A DNA stretch of 64,000 bases from the human T2T-CHM13v2.0 reference genome, Homo sapiens: NCBI RefSeq assembly GCF_009914755.1, contig NC_060947.1; one strand, given 5' to 3'. Shown here piece by piece: positions 40,053-52,898 of the stretch. Below the pieces are notes generated by a model. It did not search any database and had not been told where the DNA came from. It worked only from the letters and a program-made list of their open reading frames with translations. Every line of letters starts with the position of its first letter. Within the stretch, counting starts at the first letter, position 1. The translations under genes were made by a program, and so were the position numbers.

Positions 40053-41775
40053 ACTTGAAAATATGTTGCAGATATCATGACATTTCACTCCTAAATACTT
40101 CAGAATGCATCTCATAAGAATAAAATGTTCTTAGCTGGGGAGTTTCTCAGGCTTTCTAGGGGGTTTGGAATTCTCAGCAAGGTGAAAGTCTCCAGTTTTT
40201 GGAGTCCAAGGGAGGGGTCAAGAGACATATAAGATCTAAAGACCAGATTTTAGGCTGGATATGGGTAGTGTGAGAGGGAGCCATGTACAAAAGAAGGAAG
40301 CACAAAAGTGCTTCAAGAACAGGTTCCAAACAAACAAAAAAGGCAGTGACTTTAGGCAAGTCACTCCCCTTCCTCAAACTTTAATTTCTTCCTCTATAAA
40401 ATGAGGGTTGTGCTAATCTCTGTCCTGCCAACCTCCCAAAGCTGTATGCAATTCAGATTGAAAATACATATGAGAGTACGTTGGGAGCTGCTACACTTAA
40501 ATATATAAAGGCAAGTGCTTTGCAGAGATGAACTTCAGAGGTAGTAAAGCCCATGAGTCCATGGTAACACATAGAAGTGGACGGTCCCCCTGCTGAGCCC
40601 CTAAACTCTTGTTATTGGAAGCCACAGAATTTTCTTCTAGAATGGAAATGTCAGTGGCTTGCATGTCTTGTAGTTTTTCAAAGGCATAAGCACACACCTG
40701 AATTTTTTCTAGTTCTTTTTTCAGATAACTCCATTTTCTTATTGATTATGGCGCACAAAACTGAAAGAAAACATCCCTGTGCTTTTTGTTCTTTCTGACA
40801 TTTTTTCCTGTGCCCCCCTTTGTTCCCACTATTCTCCCTACCCCACCCTGTTGAGACTTCTGGAGTTGGAAAATTCTTTCATCCTGCCTACCCCTAGCTC
40901 AAAGAGCAAAATGCTTTACAAAATTAAGTGAGCATTTGGGATTTTTAACTTGATTTTATCTTTTCATTCAACCAGAGGGGTATGTGTGTGGGAGATGCGC
41001 TTGTCAACTAAAAGCAATTTCTCTGCCTCCTTGGGGACTGAAGCGTAATCGTTGCTCTGTCTTTCTGGTGTCAGGATGAAACCTGCATTTCCTGAGTGGT
41101 GTCAGCACACTGACAGACAGCTCCTGGGATCTAGCAAGGAGTACCGGAAAAGAATGGGCAGGGGGCGAGAGATGTGGAGGCTGGTCTCAGCTCATCTCTT
41201 CTCCCCTGGGTGACTTTGGGATAGTCACTTACTTTGCCTCACTTTTCTAAATCTAAGAAAATGGGAATAATTCTCTCCCATATCTACCTCACAAAGATGG
41301 TGCCAGGACTTTGTCAGGTTTCAGTGATATGAAAATTTAGAATTAATAGAGCTATGGGAAAAAAGTGCTATGGAAGGAGTGTACCCCTAGAAATGCTGTT
41401 AAGTAGCTAGAAAGGAACTTCAAGATTTCTCTGTATAAACCCATTTGAGAAATGAGGAAACTGAGGCCCTTCTGAGGTTCGAAGTGGTCCCCCAAAGCAC
41501 CCATGATTTCACTGACATGTTTACCATTTGCCCAGCTAAGTCTTTCACAAATAGAAAACCAGGGAGGCAGGGTCTTGAGGTCCTGGGGCTTGGAGTCCCC
41601 TTTAGAGAGCAAATATGATCCCTGTGTGCTCTGTGTGGACCTTCTGATAGGGCTTCTCAAAAGGAGATGCTGGGGGGCAGGGTGCTAATCTGCCAATTCC
41701 CTTCATGGACCCAGAAATAAGTACTTTGTTATCTCGTTCCTGAAAATGCAGAGACCTTCCTAACAATCTGTAGAG

Positions 41776-41986
41776 CAGAGGTGTCCAATTTTTTTGGCTT
41801 CCCTGGGCCACTTTGGGAGAATTGTTGGGCCATACATAAAATACACTAACACTAATGATAGCTGATAAGGTAAAACAAATGGCAAAAGAATCTTATGTTT
41901 TAAGAAAGTTTACAAATTTGTGTTGGGCCGCATCCAAAGCTGTCCTGGTTGCATGTGGCCCACGGGCCATGGGTTGGACAAGCCTG
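41776..41986 (+). mobile_element. MER30 (hAT-Charlie MITE), full length
   Basis: Terminal inverted repeats cagaggtgtccaa / ttggacaagcctg. 8-bp target-site duplication CTGTAGAG (41768-41775) / CTGTAAAG (41987-41994). Confidence 0.9.
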
Positions 41987-42494
41987 CTGTAAAGGGAGGT
42001 GGGTGGCAGGACTGAGATTCCCACTTCATGGAGGAGGAGCCTGAGGCTCATGTTGGGAAGCAGACACACATTCACCCAGCCAGTCAGCCAGTAAGTCCAG
42101 CCTCACTCTTGGCATTTTAACTGCCCTTTCCACTGTGCTCTCTTGCCTGATGCAAGGAACCCAACAAGTAGAATGTTCAAATGAAATAACCTGACTGGGA
42201 AGTGCTATGTAGACATATACACAAGGATTCTTAGAAAATCCAAATGAATGACTTGTATGGAGTATGCTCATTTTGAATACACCTAGGCCTTATGAAGAGT
42301 CAAGTTTCAAGGTTTAGTCAATTTTCCATGCTACATATTTCCCCATGCACCCAAAAGAAGTAGAGTGGGCTTAAAGTGACCAGTTTCCCCATTTGGTTGC
42401 CCCAGTGTTTCTTGTGGCTAGGGTGCCGCAGTGTTCCCTGTAGCTAGGGTGCAAGGGGAGGGTTTGCAGGGAAAGACTTCTTTCTTCTATATTA

Positions 42495-42685
42495 GAGTTT
42501 CTCTAACTTTAGTGGGCGTAAAACCACCATGGAGGGCCTGTTAAAAATACTATTTTCTAGTCCCCATGCCCAGAAATTCTTGTTTAGTAGGACTGGAGTG
42601 GGAGCAGGAAATCTGCATTGTTATATGACATTCCAAGTGATTCTGATGCATCTGGTCCAATAGATTGTACTTTGGGAAACACTGA
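42495..42685. mobile_element. MER5A/B
   Basis: aggaaatctgcattg...ccaagtgattctgatgca...actttgggaaacactg. Confidence 0.75.
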
Positions 42686-43969
42686 TCAACAACAAGGTTT
42701 AAGGGCCTTTAATTCCTAGAGTCCCATTTAATTAGCAATTATATGCCCGGGTGTCAAGCACTTTTGGGCTTCAGGAAAAAAGTTAAGAAGGTCTGAAGCC
42801 TATCTTCTAAAAGTCAACAAGCCCCAGATTCACTTTATCATTCTGGCTAAAGACCTCTGGGAAGACAATGACCCAAACTAGGAGCAGGATGCTTGGCTCT
42901 TAATTGGAATTACAATAGAAGACGCTTAAGAAGCAGTAAACTGTCGTGCCGTAGGTCTTGGACTGTCAGAGTGAGGACAAGGATGTCCTATGTATCCCTT
43001 GTGAGCACATACCGTGGGATGAGGGATTACAGGTCCAGGCTAGCAGGCTCCTGGCTGCTCGATGGGGGCACTAAGGACTCCTACATCCTCAGAAAGGAGG
43101 AGTCATAACTTGTTATGTGCCCCTGCACAGGAGGGGAATTCTGCGTTTTACTCGCAGGCCAACTTTCTCAGCCTTTTCTGGGTCACCAAAGCCAGCCCAG
43201 GTGCCCTGTGCCACTGGCACAACCCCAACCTAAAGGCCCTCGTCATTCTCCTATCTAGCCTAGTCCTTTATTCAGCAGAGACGAAGTTGTAGATTTTTTT
43301 CTAAGTAGGATTTTCTAACTCCAGAAAATAATATAGGTTTATTAAAGAAAAATTGGAGAATACTAAGATATGAAAATAATAAAACAGTTAAAAATTGCCC
43401 ATAATTGCATTACCTAAATACAATCACGACTCAGATTCTGGTGCGTTTCCTTTTAGCCTTTTTTTTTCTGTATATAGGCTTATTATTTATTTGCGCTGTC
43501 TATATTACAATGTGTGCACATTTTGCATCCTGCCTTTTTTTCATTTAAAAATATCATACGCGTATTTTCAGTTTATCATATAAGCTTCTGAATTATACAC
43601 TTAAAAATAATTGCATAATAATTCATTGAGTGAATCAACATTATTTGCATAGCTCAATATCTGGCACCTAGAGGACATTTGAAAAATATTTGTTGTATGA
43701 ATTAATGGATTGATGGATGAATGCATTTCCCTATTATGTCTATTATGCCCTTCTACCCCAGGAAATTTAGTTAAGGATAAAGATTTTCAAAGGTAATGTA
43801 ACACTAAGTAATTAAGTGGCAGAGTAGGCAGGTGGTCAAAGAAAAGGGACAGGGCAGAACTGCTAACTTAGTTACTAAATCAATTTTTTAAAGAATTCTG
43901 ACCTCTGTATTTCCTCTTCTCTTTTTTCCCAAAAGAGTAGATGCTTTGGTCCACCTGGAGCTTTTTCAT

Positions 43970-44090
43970 AGCTATTAATATCCCCATTTTACAGGGGAGG
44001 AAACTAAGCTTCAGAGAGATTAAATAACCCTCCCAAGATTACATGGCTAGAACATAGCAGAATTGAGCTTCCAATCTAGGTTTGTGAGTT
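43970..44090 (-). mobile_element. MIR
   Basis: cccattttacaggggaggaaactaagcttcagagag. Confidence 0.75.
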
Positions 44091-45879
44091 TCTGTAGCTT
44101 TGTTCCTTTATTACATTATACCTCTTGAGAAAAAGGCAACAAAGAAGGACGGCTGTCATGGGTTTGTACCTCATGTAGAGCTGCCTTGGAAGCAGAGCAA
44201 TTTCAGTTTCCGAGGACTCTGGGATTGGACCAAGCAGGCAGATTTTGTGCCATGAGGGAGCCCAAAAAAAGCTCATTCAGTTGGAAAAAAAAAGGAACCC
44301 ATTGAGGCCATTTCAAAAGCTGGTGCTGGATAAGCTCATGGGAAGAGGTAAGGCTGAGATTTCAATATCCAGGGCCTGAAACTGGACATTTCTAGATGTT
44401 AGGCTTGTTTGGCTTGGATGACTAAGTATTCGTAAAGAAGAAATCGGTAAAAGAGCAGGTCTGGTGAGTGTTTGTTGTCTGTGATTGCTTTTAGAAAACA
44501 GAGAAAATCAAAATGATTTAGAAGTTGGTACAAAGGCAGAGAGGTACCATTTTTCCCAGAAAGGAAGGAAAACAAGTGGAGGGCCTTTAAACTCTGAAGA
44601 TAGCTCTGCTTTGCTAAGAATTGTACAGCAAAGTACAGGCAATTTTTCCATTTTATGCACCCCTTTTGCCGCATTAATACTAATATCAGTGGTTAGCAAA
44701 GCAAATATAATAACTGCTCTCCCCAGTGGACCCAGTGATTGAGGCTTCCACTCCTCTGGCCTGCAATCGAACTGTTGGAAGGAGATTTTCCATATTTCTT
44801 TCTACCTCCTCACTAGCATTTTGATCAACAGAGCCCCATTCTCCCAGTGGAGAAAAACAAGGCACAGAGTCACGTCTGTGGAGCTACCACTGGCGAATTG
44901 GGAGAGAAATTAATTTGGGCCCCTGGGCTTGAAGTAAAAAGGAAATTTCGTTTAGAAGCCCTTCCTGCCTAATGTGGTCCATCTCTGGTGGCTGCTTCTA
45001 CCCCAGGATTTGGGGGGCAGGGCTCTTTTTACCACCACCAGAGGCCCCAAACACTGAACCCATTATGGCACGTGCTTCCATATGTATTTAAAACGTAAAA
45101 ATACAAAGCCATAAAAGAAGTGTAAGAAAATCCAACACAGTACCACCCTCCATTGAAATATCAAATATCAAATTCTTTCTAAAAATAAATGTGGGTCCCC
45201 CTCCCATATCAGTGCCCTGAGCAAAAGCATTGGCAGTGGAATCTGTAAGTCGGCAGCAACTGGGGGGCACCCCACGTTTATACATACTTGACACTGGGTT
45301 CTTTTATCTCAGTTGATGATCAACCCCCTCAGTACAAAGGTTCCCAGGCAGGAGAGCATCTCCCTCTTCGCTGCGGAATTCGCAGGAGAAGGGAAGTAAG
45401 ATTACTCTCAGATATGGGACTTCTTGGGGGAGGCGGCAAAATCGTTTTTCCTGCTCACATTCTTGGTCCTCTAGAACGGACCAGTGATTTAAATCAGACT
45501 TGGAGCTACTCGGGGCTGAGGTGATGCCTGCCCTAAGAGAGGGGTTAAGGGTGGGGGTGGGAGGGTCCCCAAGGGCTGAGACAGCATCTCCCCTTTAGAT
45601 TCAGGGATCCTGGGGAACACACTGCTTCCCGCTTAGACTAGGCCTCTTGAGGGCTGAGATAACGCTCCGCTAAATCGTGGAGTTTTCTAGAGCCTGGGAT
45701 ACTGTCTCGCTCTCAGATCTGAGGCTCCCTGGGACAGGTGCGCTACCTCGCCTTCAAATTCCAGCCTTTGGGGGCAGGCCTGCTTTTATGTGCCCGATCA
45801 AGGGCTCCTGGGGTGGGGCTGGGGGACAAGGACCTTCCCTCCCTCTCAGATTTGGGGCTCACCAGGGCTGAGATGGCGT

Positions 45880-46600
45880 CTCCCCTCAGACTCTGGGCTC
45901 CCTGGGGTAGGGGCAGGGTCCCGCCCTCAGAATCAGCTTCCCAGGACAGGAGCTGTGTGTCTCTGCCTCCCTTCGCGTGGGGCAAGGGGCTGCGGGACCA
46001 GCGGCCTCTCTTCTGGCAGGAGGGGGGGTTCCCCGGAGGCCCTGCCCCCTTCGTGACATGCTCGAGGTGTCCGGTGACCGAAACACTCTTAGCTGGGTGC
46101 AGGGTGCGGCTCAGGGCGTGGTCACCGGGGGCTACTTAGGGCCGCCGGTGCGGGGGACGACGCAAAGGTTAACTGCGAGCTGCCGGGCACTCAGCGCGGG
46201 TCATGGCGTGGATACTGGACTGCCTTTTCGCCTCGGCCTTTGAGCCCCGCCCCCGCCGTGGTGAGTGGGGCCCACCGAGTCGGGGGGCTGGGGTGCTCGG
46301 CCGGGGGCGGCCGGCGGCTGCAGCCCCCTCTGGGCGCCCTGGGGCTTGGCTGGTCGCCCCCTTGCCTCCCTTCCTGCTGGCTTTTAGCTAATTGTTCCTG
46401 GCTCAAGGGACTGCCCCGTCGAGGCCCCGCATAAATCACCAGCTTTGCCGGGAACCGCGAGCAATCGCGCTAATGGCTCGGCGGTACGCGGGACGAGCGC
46501 GTGGGCGGAGTCGCTGGCTCAGCCGCCGGCAGGGACAGCCAGAGCCTTGGGGCCAGACGCGCAGGAGCGGCGTCCCGCAACTCAAGGACCCTCAAGGCCC
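45880..46600. promoter_or_regulatory. CpG-island promoter of ARHGAP36, probably bidirectional
   Basis: Dense CpG and high GC against a CpG-poor background. Contains the coding exon above, GC boxes and an oppositely oriented donor at 45863. Confidence 0.9.
46203..46260 (+). CDS. ARHGAP36: First coding exon of an ARHGAP36 (Rho GTPase-activating protein 36) isoform; 19 codons + 1 nt, the rest of the CDS lies beyond the window
   Basis: GGGTCATGG start (G at -3 and +4). Translation MAWILDCLFASAFEPRPRR matches a recalled ARHGAP36 alternative N-terminus. Strong donor GTG|GTGAGT at 46260/46261 in phase 1, as needed for the next recalled residue (Val, G|TG). Confidence 0.88.
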
Positions 46601-47599
46601 AAGGATGAATGTCCCTGACAGGGCAAGCCAGGCCCCAGGGACCCTGAAGGAGGCGGGTATTCATTTTGCCTTGAAGTTCGTCCCCTTGTCTCAATCTCAA
46701 ACACAGAATATCAGCAATGGACCCCCTAGAGTCGTCGAATTTAACCCCTTCATTTAAGAGATGATGACACTGAAGATGGGAAAAGCCTGCCCAAGGTTAC
46801 CCAACAGGTTGGCAGCATACCTGGGTCAGCTTAGGCTCTGCCAGCTGCCCACTGCCCCAGACTGCCCAGTAGTGGACCCCTGCGGTCTTTAGTCGGGTTC
46901 TTTCCTTGGGTACTTGAGATCAATGCTTGGTTTCCCTATTTCTGTGGAATTGAGGACACAAGTGTGCAAAGATCACAGCACCGGCATATGTGGGTCACAT
47001 TTCACCCCTTTTCGGGAACTGCTTCTACAAAGTACATTTTGACAACTGATTATATTTTCATCCTTAAAGTTTCAGGAGACTGATATTTTCTTTTTGACAT
47101 ACCCCAGGACCCCCACCCACACTGTCCTTCACTCCCCCTTGATAATAAGCCCCACCCCCTTCAGGCTGCCACCTGCCCCCACAGCCACCTGTTTTTTCAT
47201 AGTCTCCACCTCCAAAATCTATATTGGTGAGAGTGCGTCATTGGGCACCAGCCATAGACCAAACCTGGGGTTGTCTCCTCTTTCCTCTGTCCCTTCACAG
47301 GCGGGGGAGGGGAAGCAGGGAAAGGAGGGGCCTCAGCAACTTAATTCAGCAGAGACCTGTTTTTAGTTCTTGCCAGCCCCAACACCCTGCTGAGAACCAT
47401 CCCAGGAGTTTGACCTCCTGCTGAAAGACTACAGCTTGCTTAGGCAGTTCAAGTACAGCCTCAGGCCAGCAACAAGATCTCTGAGAAGGAAAAAGATCTG
47501 CATACACACAGAGTTTAATTTTTTCTTTTGCATATTTTTAAGGTTTATATGATCCTGGTGAATCAAAAATATAAGGGAGTTTTATAAGATGTCTTTTAA

Positions 47600-48070
47600 G
47601 GCCTTACTGCTCTAACAGTATACCCTGAAAAAGGGGGTGGGGGAAGCATTTCACAGTTGCTTGGACTAGAAGGTTGTCATGTGACTCCAATGAGATCAAG
47701 GACATGAAGGCTCCTTTATGAGTAACCACATAGGAGGGAGTCCATATTACACCAGGAAGCCCATTCCCATCTAAAAACAGCAATGTCTATTAGAATTAGA
47801 AGGCTTTTCTTTAAACTGAACCCAAATCTATGTCCTGGGAACTTCCACCTTCTGGCCCTGGCATTGACTTCCATGGTCCTCCTTTCTAGGAAACAGTGTC
47901 AGCTCTCCCCATTGTCCCATCCCCTACTCACCCTGTTCTTACCTAGGCCAAACTTCCCCAGTTTCTTCATCTATTTAACATGTGACATAGCTTCAAGGCC
48001 CCTACCCATGTCTAGCTGCTTTTCTTTGAACATGCTCCAAGTTATAAATGTCCAGTGACCAGGCCAAAAG
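47600..48070 (-). mobile_element. CR1/L3-like remnant
   Basis: ttagaaggcttttctttaaactgaacccaaatct, ctaggccaaacttccccagtttcttca. Confidence 0.5.
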
Positions 48071-48135
48071 AGGCTTTCCAGCTGTGCCCCTATAAATATA
48101 GTCCTGGAAAGCTGACTTTCCCTCTTTTAGAAGCC

Positions 48136-48345
48136 TACACCACACCCAAGGTACACACATACGTAGTCATAAACACACCCATAACATACACATTACCACA
48201 CCTATGCATGCCCATTTGCAAAGCCACGAACACACACACACACGCTTCACATGCACCACATACTTTCCACACACAACACAATATACTCACATCACCTGTG
48301 TATGCACCACTCACAAATCCCATGCACAGCCACACAGTTCACACA
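48136..48345. repeat. CA-rich low-complexity tract
   Basis: Degenerate (CA)n. Confidence 0.8.
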
Positions 48346-49035
48346 AAGACTTTATTCACATTGAATTACTTTCAACGAAAGCTACTCTTTTTCCTTAAGT
48401 AAACCCAAGTTCTTTTTGGAGTCTCCATTCTGTATTTGGTGTTTGAACTCAAGTGTAAGACCTTATATTCGCTGCTGCATTTCTAGTCTGGTGGTACCTG
48501 TTCCCCAACATACCCCTGCAGCACACCACTGCCTACATCAGCTCTATTACTCAAACAACAGCAGCTGATATATGTGAAGCTCTTCCCAAATGTTGGGCCC
48601 TTAGGCTCAATTGCTTACATGTATAATCTCACTTAAGTCACAGGGCATCACTTTGAAATAAATAATCTTTGGGTAGTTTTTTGACTGGGCAACAGCTCAT
48701 TTCATTGCACTCCCCCTGAGAAATGCTGTACAATGTGAAGGGTAACTTTGTGGGTAACTATTGATATTCTGCAGGGCTATAATTGCTTTGGTGCCTCCCT
48801 TTGAATGTCCTTCAGAAGTCTTCAGGAGTCAGAGATGGGGTTGGGGGAGGAAGCTGTCAGCTGACTGGACAGAACTGGGGCAGTATCTAAATGTTCCTTC
48901 ACCCCCATTCCCCTTGCCCAAGAGATAGCTGGCATGTGACAGCAATTTTTTTTTTGAGGGGCAGGTTTATTTTGTCTTCATTAGAATATCATCACTCTTT
49001 TGTTGATGTTTGCTATTTTTTTTTTTGTTCAACTC

Positions 49036-49126
49036 TTTTTTAAAAAAATTTACTTTAAGTTCTGGGATACATGTGCAGAACGTGCAGGTTTGTTACATAG
49101 GTATACATGTGCCACGTTGGTTTGCA
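49036..49126 (-). mobile_element. Very short L1PA 3' end
   Basis: ttactttaagttctgggatacatgtgcagaacgtgcaggtttgttacataggtatacatgtgcca. Confidence 0.85.
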
Positions 49127-49869
49127 TCAGAGAGATTTTTCAGGGCGACAACGGGCAATGGGCAACCATAGGAAGGCACTTGGGAGAGGCATCACTGAGG
49201 TCTGGGAGGAATGAGGGCCCAGAAAGGCCTTCTTTCCCAGGGAAAGAGACAGCACAATTGACCCACTTGAAATTCTCTCCCCAGTTCACTCTTGGCATTG
49301 GATTTGGCCTCAAACAATTGGACTTCTGTAAAGCAGCCAAAGCTCTAAAGCTGAAGGGACCCTGGGGCGCACTTTACATACAAATTTGATCTTTTCTTGG
49401 AGATGGGACCGAATCGATTTGCTGAGGCCAGGCCTAGTTGTGCTGCAGCAGGATCAGTTTCCAAAGCTGGGGCGTGACTGCCAATGAGACCAATGAGACA
49501 CCCCATTCTCCAAGTCAGGTCGTCAGATAAGCACCCCCATTCACCAATGGCAGGACTTCCCCAATTTTCTTTATTACTTGTTTGTACCTCAAAATACATT
49601 TCTCCCAAAGAAAAAAAATGTGATGCTCTAGAGCTTAGCCCATACCTTACCCATCGTGAGGATAAAATACAGAATCTGTGTGATGAAAACTGGCAGAAAA
49701 TAATACTCTTGCAAATATATCTCAGGCTCCAGCAGTAGAGCTGACATTTATCAGGCTTAAATATCAAATGATGGAAAGCATTGAGCACTGATACAGCAAG
49801 GCACCAGGTCCGTGAGGGTGATTATGGCAATGGTGAAAGTAACATCATTCCTTTTTTTTCACACCTACC

Positions 49870-50165
49870 TACTACAACAACCTAAATGTCCAACAATAGT
49901 GGAATGGTTAAATAAATTCTGTGATATATCCCCTTATTAGATTGCACAGAATCATAAAAATTGTTTTTGTGAAGAATATGTAACAACATAGAAAATGGTA
50001 TGATTGTAACTGTCAAATATGCATTTTTGAAAGACTAGAAAGAAATCGACAATAAGATAAAGTTAGAGAATCTATTAAGGTGGTGGGATAATAGTTATTT
50101 TTCTCTATGTTTTCTAAAGTCTATGAAGTTTGTTCTTCAATTACTGTTATAATTTAAAAAGGCAT
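49870..50165 (+). mobile_element. L1ME-like fragment
   Basis: caacctaaatgtccaacaatagtggaatggttaaataaat. Confidence 0.65.
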
Positions 50166-52329
50166 ACAAAGGTAAATTTAGTACCTGTGATATGCAAATA
50201 ATCTATACAGTGATCTAGAATTTCACTATACATAGTTTAAAGAATTTTTTCTCCTAATTTTAGTTTAAATGTAATGACTAGATCCGGCCAGCCAACCATG
50301 ATCTTCCCAATGATCATGAAATTTCCACTAACTCTGGGTGGGAAGAGGAACAACTGGTTTGAATCCCAGGCCAGCTCTTATAAGGTTGCTGTGAGAGAGT
50401 TACTTAACCTCTCTTAAAATGACATAATAATGTCTATATTTTGGGGTTGTAAATAATAATAATAGTTCTTATTACTGCTGTTGTAGATGTCATTATGTTA
50501 AATGCTTTCTATGGCTCAGTTATCAAAAGAAGCTTTTTTCCCAAATGTTTACTATTTGTAAATACCAGTCATACTACATAAACTATCTCTAACCATAACA
50601 ACTTTCTGAGGTTAGTATTATTGTCTCTATTTTAAGGACAAAATCTCAGAGAAGTTTAGTAACTTGCCCACTGTCACACAGTGGCTGAGCAGGGATTACA
50701 ATCCTTTTTGATCTGACTTCGAAGCTTGAGTGAAATTAAAAGAGAGAAACATTTGCAAAACTCCTATGCTGACATATGGCAGACATTTACTAGGTGGTCA
50801 ACATGATGTTGGTGATACTTTGCCCAGGACCCAGATGCTGGTCTTTGACTTATTTGATTATCTATAAATTTCTTTCTGTGAAAAGGAATTTCAACTGAAA
50901 GATGCAATACAAACGCACCACCTGTGTCCTCATAGATGTGGCTCTGAGTCACTAAGAAACGATTTCTGTTTCCTTCGGCAGTATCATTTGTTCTCACATG
51001 TATCAGCAGAAGTAGGTAGATGGCATGTTTGATGAGCCTTGGCAGCTACTGTCACGTCTCAGATACACTTCCTGAGAAACCACGCGGCTTCCTCGGGATG
51101 AGTACTCAATACTCAGCAGCTGGTAGGTCCCTGCTTATTAAGGAAACTTACTAAGTGGCATGGGCATATCTGGAACCCCTGCTCTAACTATTCTCTGTCT
51201 GATGTGGTTGACACCTAATTGCTACCCCTCCCATTTCCCTTTTCAAAGCTAAGGCTCCAGGATTTCCACAGAAGCATACAGGGGTAGGAGCTGGAGAAGT
51301 TTTTCGAAATTCTTAAATCCTCAGAGGGACTCACTTGCAAGGAGGAATCTAGGGTTAGTGAAGGTAGCATGCAGGATAAATAGAAGGGATGAAGGAGAGG
51401 GAGGAGTTGAAGGCACCTTCCAGAGTCTGGGAACATCTAGGGGTGGACCTCTCAGAGCTTTTCCTGCCATGAATCTCAATACCTCTCTACTCTGTAGTCT
51501 CTTTATCCCTCCCTGGGATTATATCCACCACCACCACCCCTCCCCCGCCCCCAATTTCTTGATCTTCCACCACCGCTCCCTGCTTAAATGCAGCTTTAGC
51601 TTGCAGTGACTTGCTTTTGTCTCTAGAGGGAGGCAAAAGCACCAGGGAGGAGGGGGTTCAGATTGGGGTCTTCTTCCACTTCACTAGTTTTGGCAAAGAG
51701 TAGAATTTATTTTCCTTTCATTGGGAACATATGAATAAAAGCTAATCAGAGATGTATTTTAAGTGCTGCATAGCATATCTCAGAGAACCATCATATCTTT
51801 CTCTATCATTCCATCTACCCCTCAACGTAGGTGGCTGCTAGAAACTGGATGGTCTTAGGCACTATTATTTCTAGAGTGAAAGTGAGGGCAAAGCAAAACA
51901 GGAGTCATAGGGCAATCTTAGCCAGGAAATAGTCATGCTTTTATTTTCTGGGGCACAATGGCACATATTTAGGAGACTGGGTTGGGGCTGGGTCAGCAAT
52001 TGGGGTGGAGGGAAGTCTGGACAGTGAGCAGAAAGTTTGAAACTTTCCTGTGTGGAGTATTACATCTGAAACCTTGGTCTCATTAACACTGCGAGGAGAA
52101 ACTGCAGAGTGAGAATTGGACTTAAGGTCCAGTTCTTCCGGGGCTGCATTAGGCTGATCAAACATCTTCCTAAAAGAAGAGGGACTATTTCAAGAGTGTC
52201 AGACAAGCCAGTAATGAGGAAAATTGGCAGTTTAGTCAGTTGGCTCCACTCCCTGAACACCATGGTTGAGACACTCTGGGCTACATGAGAACGAAAAAAA
52301 GTGCAGAAGGGAATTAACTAACCTTTTCT

Positions 52330-52550
52330 TAAACATTTACTGTATCTGTTAACCACTTGGCTGGTGGTTTCTATGGTTTACCTCCTTTAGTCATCTGAGC
52401 AATTCTAGGCAGGTGTTAACATCTCCATTTTACAGTTGAGGAAACTGAGGCTCAGAGAGGTGAAGTATCCTTCCCAAGATCACACAGCAAGTAAGTGCTC
52501 GAGCTGGGATACCAACACAAAGCTGTCTCATTCCGAAGCCTGTGGTCTTT
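52330..52550 (-). mobile_element. MIR
   Basis: ccattttacagttgaggaaactgaggctcagagaggtgaagt. Confidence 0.8.
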
Positions 52551-52844
52551 CTCTGCCCTCCCCACATGGAAAAAACAAAAGCCCTGATTTTCAAGGGCTT
52601 TACTCTCATGGGGAAACCATGATCTCTCTCCCCACAAAAATCCACATTTTGGTGCCCTGCTCCTCCAGATTCTTATATTTAGGGTGAAATCAAACAAATC
52701 TCTGTTTATATTGGACAGTAATGGGAGTTAGTAAAGCATTTTCACCTTTACAATTCCCCATATAATCTTCATGTTATGGGAACACATTTTCTGAACTCCA
52801 AAGAGAGAGAGAGACTTATGACAGCGATTTTAAGCTCCAAGGAA

Positions 52845-52882
<38 letters not shown>

Positions 52883-52898
52883 CTGCGTGTCTGTGTGT
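52845..52898. repeat. (TG)n microsatellite
   Basis: Direct observation. Confidence 0.9.

Noticed and set aside
41101-41124. Second RE1-like string GTCAGCACA-ctgac-AGACAGCTCC
   Set aside because: Both half-sites have mismatches at key positions and the spacer is atypical.
46203-46391. 62-aa single-exon ORF
   Set aside because: Only the first 19 codons match the recalled protein. The rest is read-through past a strong donor.
48995-49140. Possible 3' transduction next to the short L1PA stub
   Set aside because: I could not identify a target-site duplication to define the insertion limits.
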